Shown: in pieces, positions 60,701 to 64,000 of the stretch | Layout of the letters: each line of letters begins with the position of its first letter | Numbering within the stretch: position 1 is the stretch's first letter | Assembly (NCBI GenBank): GCA_964035545.1 | Contig: OZ037766.1 | Location: 29,824,640-29,888,639 of the forward strand | Source: Bugula neritina | Taxonomy: Eukaryota > Animalia > Bryozoa | Direction: 5' to 3' | DNA: 64,000 nucleotides | The notes under the pieces: model-generated | What the model saw: the letters and a program-made list of their open reading frames with translations, nothing else | Told to the model about the DNA's origin: nothing | Database searches by the model: none | Translations under genes and position numbers: made by a program

Positions 60701-63527
60701 TAAACCATAGAATAATTGATATCAGTAGCTGCCGACTCAAATTGTCCCATTCCAATTGTTGTCAATGAATGTGATTCGCTAATCAATATCATTACAGGTA
60801 CAACTGCATTCACCAAATCACATTTATACTAGGTTCAGTTCAGTATAGTTGTATAGTATATAGAGTATAGCTAGGAATCTGGACTCAGTTATGTGACGTG
60901 TCACATTACACCACATGGATAGGAGGATGCGCGTGACCGTGTGACTACCTGAGAGTTCTCATTGGTGCGATACAGTTCCATCTGTTGGTCACAGGATCAA
61001 ACACTTCACAGGAACTCAGATGTTCGTCTCCGTCGTGTCCACCAATAGCGTACAGCTTGCCTAACGAGGAGTACATAATTACTTACAGCTTAGTATAGTA
61101 TACAATATAATATAACTTACTGGTATATTATCATTTAATATAGTATTTATTATTATAATACTACTCAGTACAGTATTTGATAAACATATAATTGCTTGGT
61201 ATAGCATTACGTTCATTCAGCAATATTTAATACAGTAGCCTACTTTATCAATATACCATTACTCACTATATTATTCAGCCAAAGATTTTATCTATGTATA
61301 CTATTATTACAATTCCGTAAAGTAATATACAGTATATTAGTATTTAATAATAATATAAACAGTCACATCAACAAAGATCTGCTAATACTAAAAATCATCT
61401 GTCTGAACAAATGTGCTCTTGGAATTAAAACAAGATATTAATAATTTGCAAGTAGTTAATATTTCATCTTCATACAAATGACTTGTGCTCTACAAAAACT
61501 TCCTTATGCCCTTTTGTGTACACGCAGCCCAGACTGCACAACTAAGTCTATATTATTGTAGTTGTATACATGCATGTAGCTATGTGTAGGCAGGGAACAC
61601 CCATAAAAGGGGATCATTAACAAAGGACATGATTAAATCAGGTGCACGTCTGCTGTTTATGAATACTGAAAGTCACGTATTAAACTAAATTTGTGGTAGC
61701 CACTAGCTTTGATCTTGAGAAGTCAAATAACTTGCTGAATATTTACCTTCCGATGAGACAACCCCCACATGCCTCCTCCTAATGGACATCTCGGCTATGG
61801 TGAACCACTTGTCACTTCTGAAGTTGTAGCACTCTATCGAGCAGAACGGGTCACCCGAAGCCCCGCGTCCACCCACACAGAACAGCACACCTTGTAACAA
61901 AATCAACCAATCACATGCAAAAACAGTATGTGGACAGCATGAACCAATCCGACGTAAGATGAGATATGCAACAACCAACTAGATGCAAGATGTAGGCGTT
62001 ACTAAATACCACAGATATAAATAGACTTCAGATCAAATAGAGTAAAAGTAAAATGGATTTGGAAACAAGGTGAAGGTCAAGTTAAGGTGATAGATGGGTC
62101 ACATAATCCAACACTATTAACTTTATGACATTTTCTAAAATCACGTTAATTAAGTTGAACAAACTGTGTTCATAGCACATGTATATATTTAGTTCAGAAG
62201 ATTTAATTGCTGTTGAGGACAAAAGTATTCTTAGTATAGGCTAACTTAGTATGCTGTATATTTTATTGCTATATCAGATATAGTGTTAGGGTGTTGTTAA
62301 TGTTATTATAAGTTCAGGTGGAATATAATTATCGTTAAGCTTAACTTAATTCGAAACAAGATAATATGTAAGTTATTAGGTTAGAACTAAAAGATCAGAA
62401 TGAGTTAAATGATAAATGTGAAGCCGAATGAAAAGCTAAGATAAAAGTAATAAAAACACAACACAAAAATGTGACCAAAATTAAACATAAAGAGGTAGTT
62501 TGAAAGTTATGACATGATAACGGTAGTGTGAGGGTCACCTGAACAGCTCCTACGAGGCACCATCCTGTCGTAGGGTCTTTGGAGAGGGGTGAGACCAGCT
62601 AGGGACAGTTGGTAAGATTTAGCTTCATCTACGTAATCTCTACACTCCATGTCTGCATGTATTAAATCATCTACTTCTACCTCCTAAAACGAGAGTGAGA
62701 TGGTTTCGTTTCACATCAAGACAAATCGGGAGAGAGAAAGCAGAGTAGTTTCACTTTAACTTAGATGTATGGAGGCAGGAAGTAGAGCAAGTTTTACTTT
62801 AACTTACTTGAGTGAGATAGGAGGCAGGAAGTAGAGGTAGTTTCACTTTGGCAAGAAGTGGTGCTAGAGTCTGTTTACGTTTTTCGATATCATCATGTTT
62901 CACCCACCTCATGACAGCTTGGTAAACCTAAATCAAGAGGTATAATACAAGAAATGATCCATATGTATAAACAGTTATAGAAAATTAAAATTTCCAGTCT
63001 TTCTAAGTTGGACAAAAAATGGCAAAATAATCTTTTCAACATCAACAAATCAGCTATCAAACTATTAAGAAAATGAATTTAGTAAAGTCAAGATCAGTAG
63101 GCAGTATTACAGTTTCTGAAAGCTTTATCAGGAAGAGAAAATATAATTCATTAACATATTGTTTTCAACCCGCATTACTTTATGTATCATCAAATGGCAT
63201 TTTAATGTTCTCTCTTTATTTATTGCATTTATAAAATAATAGGTTTACTGTATTCATTTGTTGTAAACACAGCTACAAGAAAGTGGATGCCAAGACAATA
63301 GCATGAAAAGTTGTCTCCTGAAATAGAGTACCCACAATGTAAACAGTTACTCTAAGCCCGAGTTTTCCCCTTTCCTTACTTGTATTTCAGAGTCCACGTT
63401 GAGATCGTCGTTTCCGATGATATCGGCTAAATGCTGGGCCGAGATAGTGAAGAATTCGTCACAGTCGACTACTTCGTTGAAGTGATCTGAGATGTAGGAA
63501 TCGGCCAACTCCTGTAGGTCTGTGCGG
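57734..63527 (-). CDS. KLHL8: Kelch-like protein 8 (BACK + 6 Kelch repeats; BTB and 5' end beyond window)
   Basis: Exons 63527-63380, 62927-62808, 62683-62539, 61890-61747, 61060-60949, 60420-60252, 59881-59722, 59383-59285, 59164-59062, then last exon 58600-58480 or 57842-57734. Motifs [52 protein letters not shown] and CRAGAG match KLHL8 as I recall it. Confidence 0.9.
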
Positions 63528-64000
63528 CTAAAGAATGTAGCACATGGAAGGATATAGAATCATCAAAGAGTATAACAAAAATACTATCAATAAAACTAAT
63601 GGAAAATATATCGCAGTACCGTCTGAAAATTAACAGGATTGGAATTTACTAAATCATAATTGTTGCACGACTACAATAGGAAGTATGGTTAAATATGAGT
63701 CATTTTTGTAGTGTTATATTTATTACTCAGGAAAACGAAAATATGAGATGGGGAAAAGGTGGTTGAGATGATTGCTAAAATTAAAAACGTCAAGACAACA
63801 CAACTTTTTTAGATTTTATATGTATTTTGAGAGGTGAACATTAGTCTATTTTAGGAACATGACAGTGAAAAGTGACAAAAATAGACAAGTGAGCTAAGCA
63901 AGAGAACATAAACCCAAGGCAATGTTCCAAATAGGCAGTACATAGGTCTATATAGAGCTTGGAATGGCCAATCAAGCTAGTAGTAAGGTAATATGAGTTT

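Overview
AT-rich, intron-containing invertebrate animal genomic DNA; the taxon cannot be fixed from sequence alone. From left to right: the 3' part of a collagen gene (+); a 37-kb cluster of four paralogous 12-exon genes (A1-, B1-, A2+, B2+); a single-exon divergent class-A GPCR (-); a small single-pass membrane ORF (+); an EndoU/XendoU ribonuclease (-); and the 3' part of KLHL8 (-). Each cluster gene encodes a TRIM-type C3HC4 RING, no B-box, a coiled-coil and four HERC2/KEG-type SH3-like repeats. This cluster is the most notable element. All four genes carry consensus NF-kappaB sites in paralog-conserved order and orientation near their inferred promoters. The inverted paralog pairs show exon-level mosaic identity: 92-97% nt in the RING exon and some repeat exons versus about 40-45% aa in the coiled-coil. 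Together this suggests an NF-kappaB-inducible, rapidly diversifying TRIM-like immune E3 ligase family. Other observations are a minisatellite built from a splice acceptor, duplicated alternative last exons in KLHL8, a SINE with target-site duplication, a fold-back MITE, long hairpins and a relic RING exon. All exon models were built by hand from GT-AG sites and frame continuity, without transcript support.
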